This document shows, piece after piece, positions 17,937 to 30,093 of a stretch of 64,000 nucleotides of DNA. Source of the DNA: a virus; the IMG/VR virus record IMGVR_UViG_3300013426_000002, positions 36,818 through 100,817 of that record; one strand, 5' to 3'. Below the pieces are notes generated by a model. It had not been told where the DNA came from. It made no database searches and saw nothing but the letters and a program-made list of their open reading frames with translations. Within the stretch, counting starts at the first letter, position 1. Every line of letters starts with the position of its first letter. The position numbers were made by a program, and so were the translations under genes.

Positions 17937-18841
17937 CGCTACTACCTTATGATTTCCATAAGGGCTAGACTATATCTTCACTTTGATAGTGCTTCCCATT
18001 TCACCTTTCGGCTACACAGCGTGTGTGCGCTGACTCAAATCATATTGAATTTTATGAAGCATTGAAGGAATTTGTTCAACATATGGTTTTACGATGTCTA
18101 TAAACTTTATTCCTTCTTTTGTTCCACAGCATAAAGAATAACTGTTTTCTTTTTTACCTTCGTGAAACATGTAAAAATCAATATTCCAAACTTCTTTAAA
18201 GTAATCTATTATTGTTTGTAATTCCTCTTTTGGCATACAGGTTGCAATTTTTATATAGAAACCGTGAACTTTACCATTTGTTTTTCTATAATTTATATGT
18301 CCATCATCCATATACCAGATTGCAATTCCTTTAGCATCTAGTCTGTTTAATAGTTTTCTATTTCCCAATTTTTTATTAGGTTTATAAAAAACTCTTCGCA
18401 AGACTTTTATAAAAGGTATAATATTTAATTGAGTGTAATAAACTTTTTTACCTGTATTATAACCTTTAACACTGATGTATTCTTTTAAACCATTGTTTCG
18501 TAAACCAGCGTCTTTAAGTTGTTTTATTTTCCACTCAAGATAATCACGTTGTTCTTCACAATGACTTAATTTAAATACATTGTTATTGCTTATTGTTCCA
18601 TCACCAAGTAAAAGAGCTATCAATAAATTTCTAGATTCTTTAGTTATTTTTGTTTTCATACTTGCTATCCATTTAGGAAGCTTCCATTGAGTATTAGTCG
18701 TTGAACCTTCCGATTAGTTATATAGATAACGATCGGCTTGGCTGCTGGTTGCCCAATCCCTTGGATTTTTACTACACTTAGTACCTTAGGCTCTAAGGGG
18801 TTTCCAGCAATTAAAGAAGTTTTGTTTCGACTATTGTGTTA
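17937..18841 (-). mobile_element. Group I self-splicing intron carrying a LAGLIDADG homing endonuclease ORF in the P8 loop
   Basis: Read on the minus strand. P1 pairs exon UUCGAU with intron GUCGAA, with a U.G pair at the splice site. P element AAUUGCUGGAAA is at 18801-18812. Q element AACCAGCAGCC is at 18740-18750. R element GUUCAACGACUAAUA is at 18692-18706. S element AAGAUAUAGUC is at 17968-17978. P8 pairs GCUUCCUA with UGGGAAGC and brackets the ORF. The P9 hairpin is CCUUAUG-GAAAU-CAUAAGG. The terminal G is at 17937. Confidence 0.85.
18012..18659 (-). CDS. LAGLIDADG homing endonuclease (double-motif, intron-encoded)
   Basis: Two LAGLIDADG motifs: LIALLLGDGTIS and GIAIWYMDDGHI. About 215 aa. 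Lies inside the group I intron. Confidence 0.9.
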   Translation of the reverse strand: MKTKITKESRNLLIALLLGDGTISNNNVFKLSHCEEQRDYLEWKIKQLKDAGLRNNGLKEYISVKGYNTGKKVYYTQLNIIPFIKVLRRVFYKPNKKLGNRKLLNRLDAKGIAIWYMDDGHINYRKTNGKVHGFYIKIATCMPKEELQTIIDYFKEVWNIDFYMFHEGKKENSYSLCCGTKEGIKFIDIVKPYVEQIPSMLHKIQYDLSQRTHAV

Positions 18842-21800
18842 ATCGAAGTCTGACCCAGTAAGGGCTGTAAATTCATCAGGAAGAGTAATAGTATCACCAA
18901 TCTGTTCAGGATAAACGTCTACCACTTTTAAAGCTGCTGTAGAAGCCTGACCTTGCGCAGGGATACGATAACCCATTGCTATTGCCTTTGTATCTGGACC
19001 AATTATATCGTGGTTTATTAACCATTCTTTAGCTTGACTGAAAGTCATTTTATCATAACCAGGTATAATGTGCTTCAACAAGTTAATTGATATAACACAA
19101 TCCATACTACCATCGTCATTGACAAAATTAAGCTTTCTTACATTGTTAACATCAGACGTTACAGCCAGTCTGTTATACAAGATGGAAGACATCTGAATAA
19201 ACATACCACCTGGTAAATTAGTATCTACTATGGCTTTGTTCAACATTGATATAAGACCGCTTTCAATCCAAGAGTTATCAGACAAACCTGAAATAGGAGC
19301 ATTAGTATTGCCATCTTCTACAGTAAGACCATTCAAAACATTATCATTCATGTTTGAATTTTCTGCTTTTCTCTTAAGAATATTAGCAAATTTAACAATG
19401 CTGGCTTGTGGATTATTAGCATCAATACCAAAGTCTTTTTCTATACTCTTTCTACCAAATTCGGTAATGGCATTATGAGCTCCGTTGAAGTTGTCAATAA
19501 CCTCTTGTCCAGAATAAGGTACTCCATCAGGAGTAGTATATGTCCAAGCTGTTCTAATGTTACCCATAGCTGCTTTCTGAGCCTGAGATACAAACATTTG
19601 TCTATCTGCATGGTGTGGATCAGTTACTAGCTGACGTCTAAAATTAACTAAAGACTGTTTGTGAGTAGGCATATTCATCAAACCCTCGATATCTACCTTA
19701 GTATTTGATTTATCTGTGTATATCTTAGATTTAACTTCTTCAACTCTTTGGCCAACCTTAACTGCAGATTCAAATGCAAGCATGTGAATGTTTCTAGCTT
19801 GCATTACTTTCAACACTTCTCCCATGTCCCCTGTAGAGAATATTCTATGAACCGGGAACATTGCCATCTTGTCGAATACAGGTATATCTCTTTTTGCATT
19901 TATATCATAATGATCACCGAAGTACATTAATTTTAAAGGTTTTAATGTAACGGCTAGTGCTTCATTATAAGTATCTGCATCAGCTTCATAATCTGTTTCA
20001 GGGTTATTCAATATATCAAAAGCTTTAGCTACTTCAGGAGTCCAACCATCAATTCTTCTCACTAATTCTTTATAGAATTCAGGAGAAATAAGTACAGTAG
20101 CGTCCGTTTGGTTTACTTTGGTATAACCACCGAATTTACTATCAACTACAAGATTAGCAGCATCTTCAACATCTTGAGGTAATGCTTCACCACTTTCATA
20201 AGCAGCAAGAGCTTCTTTTTGGGTCATGTTGTGCATTTCCTGCAATAATCTCACTGCCGCTGATTTCTTCGCAAATTCATTAATTTTACTAAGCTGTCTA
20301 CTAGGTATTACATTATCTGATAATGTACCCACATTAACTTCAGTCAAATTTGATAACTCATTACCTTCACCGTAGTCTATTCTAGGCGTAACACCGGTTG
20401 ATAATACTTCACGAAGACGTTTGATTTTGTCTACAGGATCTTTATAATATGCAGGATCTTTGACAAATAATTTTTCAAATTCTATTACTGAAGATACAGT
20501 ATTAGCAAAATAATTTGCCATCAATTCTGTAGCAGCTAATTCCTTGCTGTATTTTGATACTTCTTGACGCTTCTTATAATGATTTTCCGCATCATCTAAT
20601 GCTTTTTGAGGAAGTGCTAAACTCTTTACACTAGCAAAATCTTTGCCATTCCAATCAATAATACCTATTTCCTTTGCATAATCTAATTCATCTTTAAAAG
20701 CATCTGTTAGATAGTTATTCATTAACAAAGCTTTATCAGAGTTACTCATCTTTGCCCAAGAAGCCTTTATTTGGTTTACTACGGATAATGCTAAATCACT
20801 ACCACCAATGTCTTCAGCGAGTTTAAGAGCTTCATTGAAGTTAGAAAAGTCATCTACAAATTCAATGCCACCTAAGGTTGGTTGTTCTTTAAGCTTAAAG
20901 AATCCATTGAAATATCTAAATCTATAACCATTTCTATTGCCTGTATCGTAGTTCTTTACTTTTTGTGCTTTAGTTAGGTTGCCTTCATTCTTATAGTTGA
21001 ATTCAATAGTATCTAATTCAGTTTCAAAGTAATTAATAAATCTAGTTAATACTTTGGCATTAAATTTAACTTGATTGTTAGTGGTATCTAAAGGCTGATT
21101 GAAATTGTTGATAGCTGTGCCATATAAAGTATTATATGTTTGAGAGTCACCCATAGTAGGTAAAATAATTCTACCTTTTTGAGTAAGTGTCATTTTAGCA
21201 ATATAATCTTCTAATGGCGAGATTTCTGTGTATTTACGTCCTTTATCACCACTACCTTGTTCTTTAAAATAAACCAAAGTTTCAACACCTATTTTTCCAG
21301 ATACTGTAGGATTATTATAAAGATTTGTAAGCAAATAAGAACCCTTAAAATAATTAGGGTTAGCATTATTACCGGTGTTATATAACACCTTAGTAAAGGC
21401 TTCTACTGTTGCTGGGTCATTATCAAGATTCTGAACCATATCTGTTAAATAATTATGATCAGATATGGGATATAACAGTTTACCGTCCGTAGATAATACT
21501 GATAATTCATCAGAATTGGGGTGTGTCATACCATAAGTTTCGGACAATCTACCTAAGAATTTAGAATCATCGTAATATCGACTAATGTGTTTGTTATACG
21601 TGCCTGGTACATTACCGGATGGTTCAATTTTTAATACATCCTTTAATTTATTACCAAATAAAAACGATAAACCAGCATTACTACCGTCATTAAACAAATT
21701 TGTTAACTGTTCTGCAGGATTTGGATCATAATATTCTTTAATTAAAAATGAATTTAATGTATCCATATCTATAGATACTCCCGCTCTATTTAAGAGTGAT

Positions 21801-24800
21801 AATATATTATCCTTTATTTTGATAACGTTAGCTTCTACATATTCTTTGTATGTTTGACCGTTCTTAAGTTTGGCGTTCGGTTTGTTTTTATAGCTTTTGA
21901 GTAAATTATTAATTTTGTGGTAATCATCCAGCAATAACTCTATATTAGTTTTATTATCGGTGGTTTTTAATGAATAACTATCACCATCAAAGTTTATCAA
22001 CTCAGTCATCCTAAGTAAACCATAATTCCACCCTTCTATAATGTTTTTGGAAATCTTATTTGCGTTCTCATCTTTTACATACAAATTAGTTTGGTCATTA
22101 TCATTGTTTTCAATTTTTTCAGACAAGATACCAATAAGTTTGTGTTTGGCTTTTCTAAAAGTATTCCTGAATTGAGTTTGTAAATTTTCTCTAGCTATTA
22201 CTTGGGTTTCTGTTTCCCCAGGAACTGGTTTTGAAATCTTGTATAATTCTCTATATAAAGTATCAAAAAGAGGTAATGATTTTGCACATTTTGCACATTT
22301 ATTCATCATACCTTCAAAGGTGTTCTCTGAGTGTAATTCGTTGATTATTGTATTCCATGAAGAATCGAAATCAACCATGAGCGGTAATCCGGTAACAGGG
22401 CTTAATACAGTTCTGGTTTTCTGTACCTTTACAATTGTGCCATCTTCTTTCTTAACTTCTGCCTCATAGAATTCTCTTTTAGGCATGGAAGCAATGAAGA
22501 TTTTAATAGATGCCAAAGCATTATCTTTTACTGAGGTTTCTAATGATTCACGAATGTATGTAGCCATCTGATCGCCTACAGCAGAACCTTCGGCTTTTTC
22601 GTCTATTTCTTGGTCAATATTTTCCTGTTTGTCTACAGCTCTGATTTGATATTCATTTAGTTTCCTAATAATTGCTGGAAGAAATACATTATCAAAAGTT
22701 TCATAGATTTCTTTTCTAGCTTCTCCTTGTTCTTTGGTAATCTTTCCATTCTCTACAAGCTTGTCTGTTAAAGAAGGTTCTAGAGCATTTTTTAACAAAC
22801 TATAATTCAAGCCTGTTAAATCATCTCGCATCTTTACGTTATTCAAAGTAAATAAAGAAGCAACCAATGAATTAACACTTTCTTTGAATTGTGTATTTGT
22901 AATGTTTTTAAAATCGTGACCACCTAATTTAAATGGGGCTCCTGCACCTTTGTATTCATTTAAAAACTCCTGTACAGCTGCAGAATTTTGTTTAGATCTA
23001 TTGTAGTATCCTGTATTAATTCTATCAAAAATATTATCAATAGTAGCGTCTGTTCTCCAAACCCATTTACTAATGAAGTTTTTAATTGCTTTCCAAGCTC
23101 TTTTTATGATATTTAAATCAGGTTCAACTTTGTTTAACATGTATTGTCTAAAATCTTCCGCAAGAGACTCTTCAACATCTTTATCTGTACCAATTAAACC
23201 AGTTCTATTTCTATAAGCTTCATATATTTTATGACGTTCTTTAGGTGAAATAGTTAATAATGATATTCTATGATATGCTTCATGATATAAAGTACCTGTT
23301 TCTGCACCTTTCCAGAGTAAAGTAGAATCTTGTTTAACAAGTCCCATTGCATACACATTGTTACCTAATGATATAGCATCGTCTACTATAGTGAGAGAAT
23401 CACTTTGGAAACCCAATTTCTTTTTAAACCATTCTATTTCTTCATTAGAAACTTCTTTGGTTACTTTACCAGTAAGACGTCGCATGGGAATATCAATGTC
23501 GTCATCCTCTATAGCAAATGGATCAATTGTCCCGTTTTTAGTGATTTCGTTGATTCTTTTTGCTTCTTCTGATAATTCTGTTGGTTCTACTGCAGCAACA
23601 CTGGTAGGTACATTTGCTATATTTTCAACTTTGTTTTGAGTTTTTTCAACAGCTTTAGGACTCTCTACTTTTTTAGATATAGTTTGTATATCATCAGCAT
23701 AAGCAAAAGAGTCTTTAAACAATTGATCTTGTAAGTCACTTTTGATTAAATTACTGTCAACAAACAAACCCATTGTATATAATGGGTGATGTTCATTGTT
23801 ACCTAAAAAATCATCTTTATAAAAGGTTACTCCTGGTATAATGTCTTCTTGCAAATACGAACTACTTTTTGCAAATGCTTCTTTTAAAGAGGGTAAAGCA
23901 TTACCTACAGGACTAAAGAAATTTTCTCTATTGGCTCTCCAGTGAAATCCCATCAAATCGTTGACAAGGTCCACTTTATCTTGAGAAGACATATTCCCGA
24001 TATGGTAAGATTTTTCTCCTACTACAAGATCCCCTTTATCATTTACATAAAGTTGCTTCTTTTTCATCCAATTAAAAGTAGGAATATCAGACGTAACTTT
24101 AGTATTATCTCCAAAGCGAACCATGAAGTTTATTAATTCGCCAGCAACAATTTCTGTGTCTTTATAATAAGATTCAGGAGAGGCTCCGTAATTCAAAAGC
24201 AAATCTGCAAGAAACTCGGCTTGTTTTCTGTCAAATCTTTGTAAATTAACTTGTACTGGTATCTCTGAATTATTGAGTGTGCTAGATTTTGGAGGATAAA
24301 TGAACAACTGACCACTACCCCCAGTACCATTTAATATTTCACCACCCGCACCAAGAATTAAGCTATCAGAAATAATACCATTACTGATACCAAAGGTTAC
24401 ATTTTCTGGAGTAATATCATATTTATTACTAGGAAATTTGAATCCTTTTACTTCTTGCACAGGTCTAAATACCGCTCGCTGACCATTTCTATTTATATTG
24501 TATTTACCACGAGTCCTACTGATTGTGCTCGGTACAATAACCTCATTGTTGGTCTTGTTTTCAATAGCAGTAATGATTGCATTTCTAAAAGATTTTAAAT
24601 CATTTATAGAAACTTCATTAGCCTGTTCAATTGTATTTAATTCTTCTGCTGTAGCTCTATCACGAATACCTGCAATATCCGCATCAAATTTAGTTCTAGC
24701 TCCTTTAGGGGTCTTAAGTGCTAAAGCGTACTTACCGGTAGGATGTTCTACACTCAATATAATAGAAGTATTATCATATGTAGTTTTATCACCCTTTTTA

Positions 24801-27800
24801 TATGGTTTACTACCTTTTTCAGTGTAAGATTCATTAATAATGAACTCACAGAAACTATCTGCAAAGAACTTGGGATCTTTGATTCTTTCTGCTAATTCTT
24901 TACCAGATTTATAACCAGGTAACATAGGAGTTGTGGAATCTGGTGAAAAGAACAATGTGTGTGATACTGTATCTTTAGCCAATTCTTCTATTTCTAAAGA
25001 ATCTTCATATTCTCTAGACTCAGAATCCATATCTGTTTTGCTATCATGTTTCTGTTCGGTAGCTAATTTCTTTTTAGCTTGTTCAACTTTTTGCTCTACT
25101 GTAATATCTGGAGTAATAGTATCTGCTGTTTGTGAAACTTTTTTGTCTTCATCTGTTGCAGCAGCTAAAGGATCTGCATCTTCATTAGCAACCTTTTTTA
25201 AATCTTGAGGTGTAGCAAAAGCAAATTCTTCATCCTCTTCTTCCACATCTTCTACTACAGGTTCTTTCTGTTTGCTCTCTTCTGCAATTTTGTTACGTTC
25301 TGCTTCAAATTCTGCAGCTAGGTCTTCTAAACTTTTTGTAGGGAATTCCTCATCACGTTTAGTAGCTGGTTCTGTTTTTTCTTCAGGTGTTGTTTCAGGA
25401 GCAGGAAGCGGTGATGGTGCAGGTATTTCTGTGTTTACTTTGGATTTTGCTCTAGAATCCATTATAGGAGATTGCGGTTTTTCAGCTTCTTTTTCCTGTA
25501 CTTCTGGAGCAATTTTGCTTGTGGCTACAGTTTCATTATTATCTGTGCCATTATTAGCTACTTCTTTTTCTGTAGAAGCAATATCCTGTTCAACAATCTG
25601 CCTAGCGTTATCTTCCGCAATTCTACTAGACTCGTCTGAATTATTTAGATAATTTTCAATTCTCTTTTTGATATTGTTTAGTACCTTTTTCTTTGATTTA
25701 TCTGTAGCCTTGTCAAAACTAGTAAGTTTACCGTTTTCCAAAACATTACCGAAAATCTCATTCATTTTGTGTTCTGATACTAAAGCATCATGTTGAGCTA
25801 ACATCAAATTTGCATAGCTATCCACACCAGTTTGCATGATGTGAGGAGCAGCTACAAAATCTGTACTGAACTTTGTATTAGCAGCTACTTGAGCCAACTG
25901 GCTATCAATGTTTTTAATGGCATTTGGTATAGTCTTTAAAATAGATTTGGCTACAGAATTATCACTATCAGTAATACCAAATTTAGTTTTGCCAGCTTCT
26001 ACTGGAGCTTCAATTGCATTCTTCAACTCCTGTAAAGCTTCTTTCTGTACATTTAACTTAGTTAAAGTAATGGCTGCCAATTTTTCTTCAGGAGTGTAAT
26101 TACTTAATAAAGCATCTTCAGAAAGATCTGCATACAATTTATTGTCAGCATCTTGAGCTGTTTTTGCATTATTAACAGCTTCTTGTAAATCTAATTGTGC
26201 TACATGTTGCAAACCAATTAAGGTGTTATATTCCGTAGTTCCCGCAGAATAACCTAATTGCTTACCAATATTCTTTGTAGTTTTTGATTTAGCTAAATTA
26301 AATACATTGTTTGCCGTTTGAATTTCAGCATTTATGTCATCCTCAGTAATACCGTCAGGCATGTGATATTTAAAGTTTTCTAATACTTCAATCACACTGT
26401 CTTTATAATTGAGCATAGAGTTTGATGCTTTGTCCGCATATGTGACAGCTTTGTTCATAGCGTCTTTTTTAGCTATGTTGTCTGCAACCATATCCCTAAC
26501 AAACGTATTGGCAATAAAATCTTTACGCATGTCAATACCTGCGTGATACGCTGTGGTAGGACCACCCATATACATACCCAATGCAAATCCACCTTTCACG
26601 TCATTCCAGAATTGAGGATCATTTGCCAATTCTGATTCAGTGTCTATTCCTGATAGAATTTTTGCGGTACGATAATTAGCATCAGCTAACCCAAGTAACG
26701 ATGAAAAAATGCCAGAAGAATCTTTATCATACTGATTGTGAATGTAATCATAATCAAATATGTCCTGATTACCTTCTTCAAAAGCTTCCCCAGTAGCAGC
26801 AAAACCCATACGAGCAAGAGCTTTAGCCCCTTTACTTAACATATTCATTTTGGGACTATTGTAAGCCAATCTGGCATTAAATCCTGTGTATGCGTCAACT
26901 AGTTTATTATATTTCTTAGTAGCGGTATCCGACAATTTGGCTAATGGTTTTAATGCTTTACTTATGGGTTTGGTTATAATCTTACCCATAGCTTTACCCA
27001 ATGGAGCAAACATCAAAGCAGATTGTGCAACATCCATTGCGGACAAAGCCATGTTATTATTATAAACATTTTCTAGACCATTATTTGCTGAAGCTTTTAA
27101 AGAATTCAAAACTTCATCGGATATTTTGATTTCACCAGATAAAGTTCTGTCTATAATTTCATCGTCTGAAATTTTTGTAACATCTATATTAGGATTCTGT
27201 TGTTTTAATTGATCCCTCCCCATTTGAACATAATCTTGAATAGATACACCTTTATCTTCAAGATCTTTTTCAATTTTAGAACGGTATGCTCCGTACACTT
27301 GGGCTAATGATTCTCTGTGTCTACTATAAATATTTCCTGCTAAACTTATTGCTGTAGCTGCAATTGCTGTACCCCAACCAACAAGATTAGCTGCTGCTCC
27401 AACACCAGGAATTGCATTTAAAAGTCCAGTAGTTGCATAATGTCTGCCTAACCACAATGCACCTGTAGCTAAAGCATCAGCTACATAAGATTCAATGGTT
27501 GACATAGAAGAACCTGTTAATCCAGGACCTGCATACAATAAATAATCAGAATCGTAAAAAGGTTTATCCTGAGCCTTTTGTTCTTTTATTTGAAACCTGG
27601 CAGAAGGTTTATATTTTTCAGATCTAGAAGTAATAGAATCATAATAATCTTTAATATTATCATTTACTTCGGATTGTTCGTTTACCCACCAATCTCTTAC
27701 ACCATTCAAGTATTCAATTCTTTTATCTACATCATTACCTTCTGAATCATTGTATTTTTCTAATATGGCATTATATTTTTCAGAATTGGTTCTTAAATTG

Positions 27801-28252
27801 TTTTTAAGAATTTCATACTGCTGTAAAGTGTTTTGATATTCTTGGGAACTTTTATCCATAGTAGGTAAAACATTCTCAAGATTTAAGAGCATTTTCTTAT
27901 CATTCAAATATTGTAATTCATAATCAATATCTTCAATGACAGGATTAATATCTTTTACTAATTTTGCTCTTTCAGACATCAAATTAATTTGATCTCTATT
28001 GTTAGCAAAAGTAGTCCATGCGTCTTGCAAATAGCTTTTATCTTTTAGTGTTTCTTCTGGATTGTCTTTATTCAGCAAATACGCATATTCATAATCGTCT
28101 AATGGAGTTGTTTCTAAATTCCTATCATAACCTGTTTTAATGTTGGTAATAGGAGAATACTGAGAATTAACCATGTTTACAGCATTACTTAATAATGCTG
28201 CTTTACTTGGTGTATTTTCAGTAGAATATTGACCTAATATAGATTTTTCCAT
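18842..28252 (-). CDS. Exon 1 of the giant intron-split gene (3137 codons; putative virion RNA polymerase N-terminal part with membrane-active and zincin-like regions)
   Basis: 9.4-kb ORF. The N-terminal region has Gly/Ala-rich hydrophobic segments (...LNAIPGVGAAANLVGWGTAIAATAISLAG...). An E/P/K-rich low-complexity linker spans about 25200-25650. An HExxH motif (LYHEAYHRI) lies near 23268-23285. The ORF ends ...TALTGSDFD, and its TAA stop is formed by the first intron nucleotides. Confidence 0.75.
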
Positions 28253-28255
28253 ATA

Positions 28256-30091
28256 TTATTGTAATAAGCTGTTTATTAAACTGTCGTAAGCATCAGTAAA
28301 TGATTGCTCATAATTATCGTTTTGTAATTTTGAACCACCATGAATATCATTAACTTCCTGATCAAATGTCATTCTAGTCATGCCATGAGGATCAATTGGC
28401 TCCATTGTATCAAATGTAAAATATTCACCAGTTAATGGTACATTACCACCATAAGCATCTGTATAATCTTTTTTGTCAATAGGTTTGACATTCAAACCTG
28501 TTTCTGCAGATATACCCATAGTTTTGTTAACCATTGATTTGAAGCTATCTACGTCATAACCTGCATTTTTAATAGCTTGTAATGGTATTCTTACACTCAC
28601 CCTTTGCATTAATTGAGGAATCCCGTCTACTACTGATGACATAATTCTTCCCCTGGGTGTTTTAATAACGTCTTTAAATACTCCAGATTTTAAATCTTCT
28701 GCAAAATTCCTTTCTAATCCGTTTGTAGTTTCTACATTGTATTTAATAGAAGGGACTTTCATAATTTTATTTACAAAATCTGTAGCTAATATTAAACCAC
28801 CTGTGTCCGGTGTGACATATCCTTTAGTTACTGAACCACCCAAATTGATATCAATTTCATTTGAACTCTTAACTTTGTTATAACTATTAAGAATCATACC
28901 AGAAGAAGGATACGTGATATCATTGAGTACTCTAGTAGCAGCGTCATAATACTGAGGTAATTTATCAGCTCTTACCCCGGTTTTAGGAAATATTTCTCCT
29001 GCTTTGGTTGCAAATAGATTTGCAATATCGTTTGCAGTTGCATCAGATATTTCTTTTCCATAATCTGTTACTAAAGAGTTATATTCTTCTGGAGTAATAT
29101 TTCCACTCATAAGCGCGGAAGCAGCTTCTTGGAATTTATTAGTTACAAATCTTGTTTGTGAATAAATAGGACTATTATCTAATTGACGCTTTTCAAATAC
29201 TACTGCATCATTGTACAATTTCTTGTAAGCATCAGGATAATCTACAGATTCTTTTTCTGTACCTTTTTTCTTTAAATTGGCTGTCTCCAATGCTTGCTTA
29301 TATTTTAATTCTTGCATAGCATATGGATCTACAGTAGGTGTTCTACGAATGTACTCTTGATTATCTGTATAGGCTTTTTGCATAAAGGCATTAGCAGCAT
29401 CTTCTTCCGTTGTTCCCGGATGATTCCTCATCCATGTTTGCATATGCATTTGTGCTTGAGGAGTGGATAAAATGCCGCTTCTGTTTGCATCCAAAATGTC
29501 TTTAATTTGTTGGCCTGTAACTCCTGTCCATATAAATCCACCATCTCTACCAAGATAACTATCTTTCAAATTGTTTACATATTCGTCAGTTAAATCTTTT
29601 ATAGAAGAATAAGCTAAAGGAACTTCATTAAACAAACCTGAAGTAGTAGTATCCCAATTGGTAAAATCTCTATCGTGCCACGAGGGGTTGTATTTGTCGT
29701 GTAACATTAAAGTCTGAACCTGCTTTGCATATTCATCAAAGTTGGCAGCATTTTGTTTCAAAGTGGAAAGCTTAGCTCTATCTACATTATTTATTGCAGA
29801 TTGTAAAGCCATTTGCCATTCCATGCTCTTTATTGTTTCGGGATTCTTAGCCGCCTGATCAATAATTGGAAGTACTTTACCTCGAGTTTCTGCGTCCCAT
29901 GTCTGCATATCTTTCATAGATCTAGAACGAAATTCTGCCCATGAATTTGCAGCAGTTCTATAGTCTGCCAAAGCTTTGTCAACCCTCTCATTTGCCTGCT
30001 TACCTAACGCATATAATTGTTCAAAAGGGATTGGAACATAAGTATCCATGAATTGCGCTTGTGCAGGACTGTCGTATCTATTTACTGCCAT
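28256..30091 (-). CDS. Virion-associated hypothetical protein (611 aa)
   Basis: ORF tightly packed in the structural operon. No motif recognised. Confidence 0.5.
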   Translation of the reverse strand: MAVNRYDSPAQAQFMDTYVPIPFEQLYALGKQANERVDKALADYRTAANSWAEFRSRSMKDMQTWDAETRGKVLPIIDQAAKNPETIKSMEWQMALQSAINNVDRAKLSTLKQNAANFDEYAKQVQTLMLHDKYNPSWHDRDFTNWDTTTSGLFNEVPLAYSSIKDLTDEYVNNLKDSYLGRDGGFIWTGVTGQQIKDILDANRSGILSTPQAQMHMQTWMRNHPGTTEEDAANAFMQKAYTDNQEYIRRTPTVDPYAMQELKYKQALETANLKKKGTEKESVDYPDAYKKLYNDAVVFEKRQLDNSPIYSQTRFVTNKFQEAASALMSGNITPEEYNSLVTDYGKEISDATANDIANLFATKAGEIFPKTGVRADKLPQYYDAATRVLNDITYPSSGMILNSYNKVKSSNEIDINLGGSVTKGYVTPDTGGLILATDFVNKIMKVPSIKYNVETTNGLERNFAEDLKSGVFKDVIKTPRGRIMSSVVDGIPQLMQRVSVRIPLQAIKNAGYDVDSFKSMVNKTMGISAETGLNVKPIDKKDYTDAYGGNVPLTGEYFTFDTMEPIDPHGMTRMTFDQEVNDIHGGSKLQNDNYEQSFTDAYDSLINSLLQ

Positions 30092-30093
30092 AA

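Noticed and set aside
17970-17972. An alternative 3' splice site after the in-frame UAG at 17970, or after AAG at 17946.
   Set aside because: The G at 17970 lies inside the P7 3' strand (UAGUC of the S element). G17946 lies inside the P9 stem and offers no P10 pairing. G17937 is the only post-P9 guanosine at a codon boundary, and it gives a 4-bp P10.
23690-23710. The YADD tetrapeptide (FAYADDIQT) in the 3137-aa protein as a possible reverse-transcriptase active site for the DGR.
   Set aside because: It is an isolated tetrapeptide in the middle of a giant structural or polymerase protein. None of the surrounding RT motifs 1-7 is present, so it is treated as coincidence.
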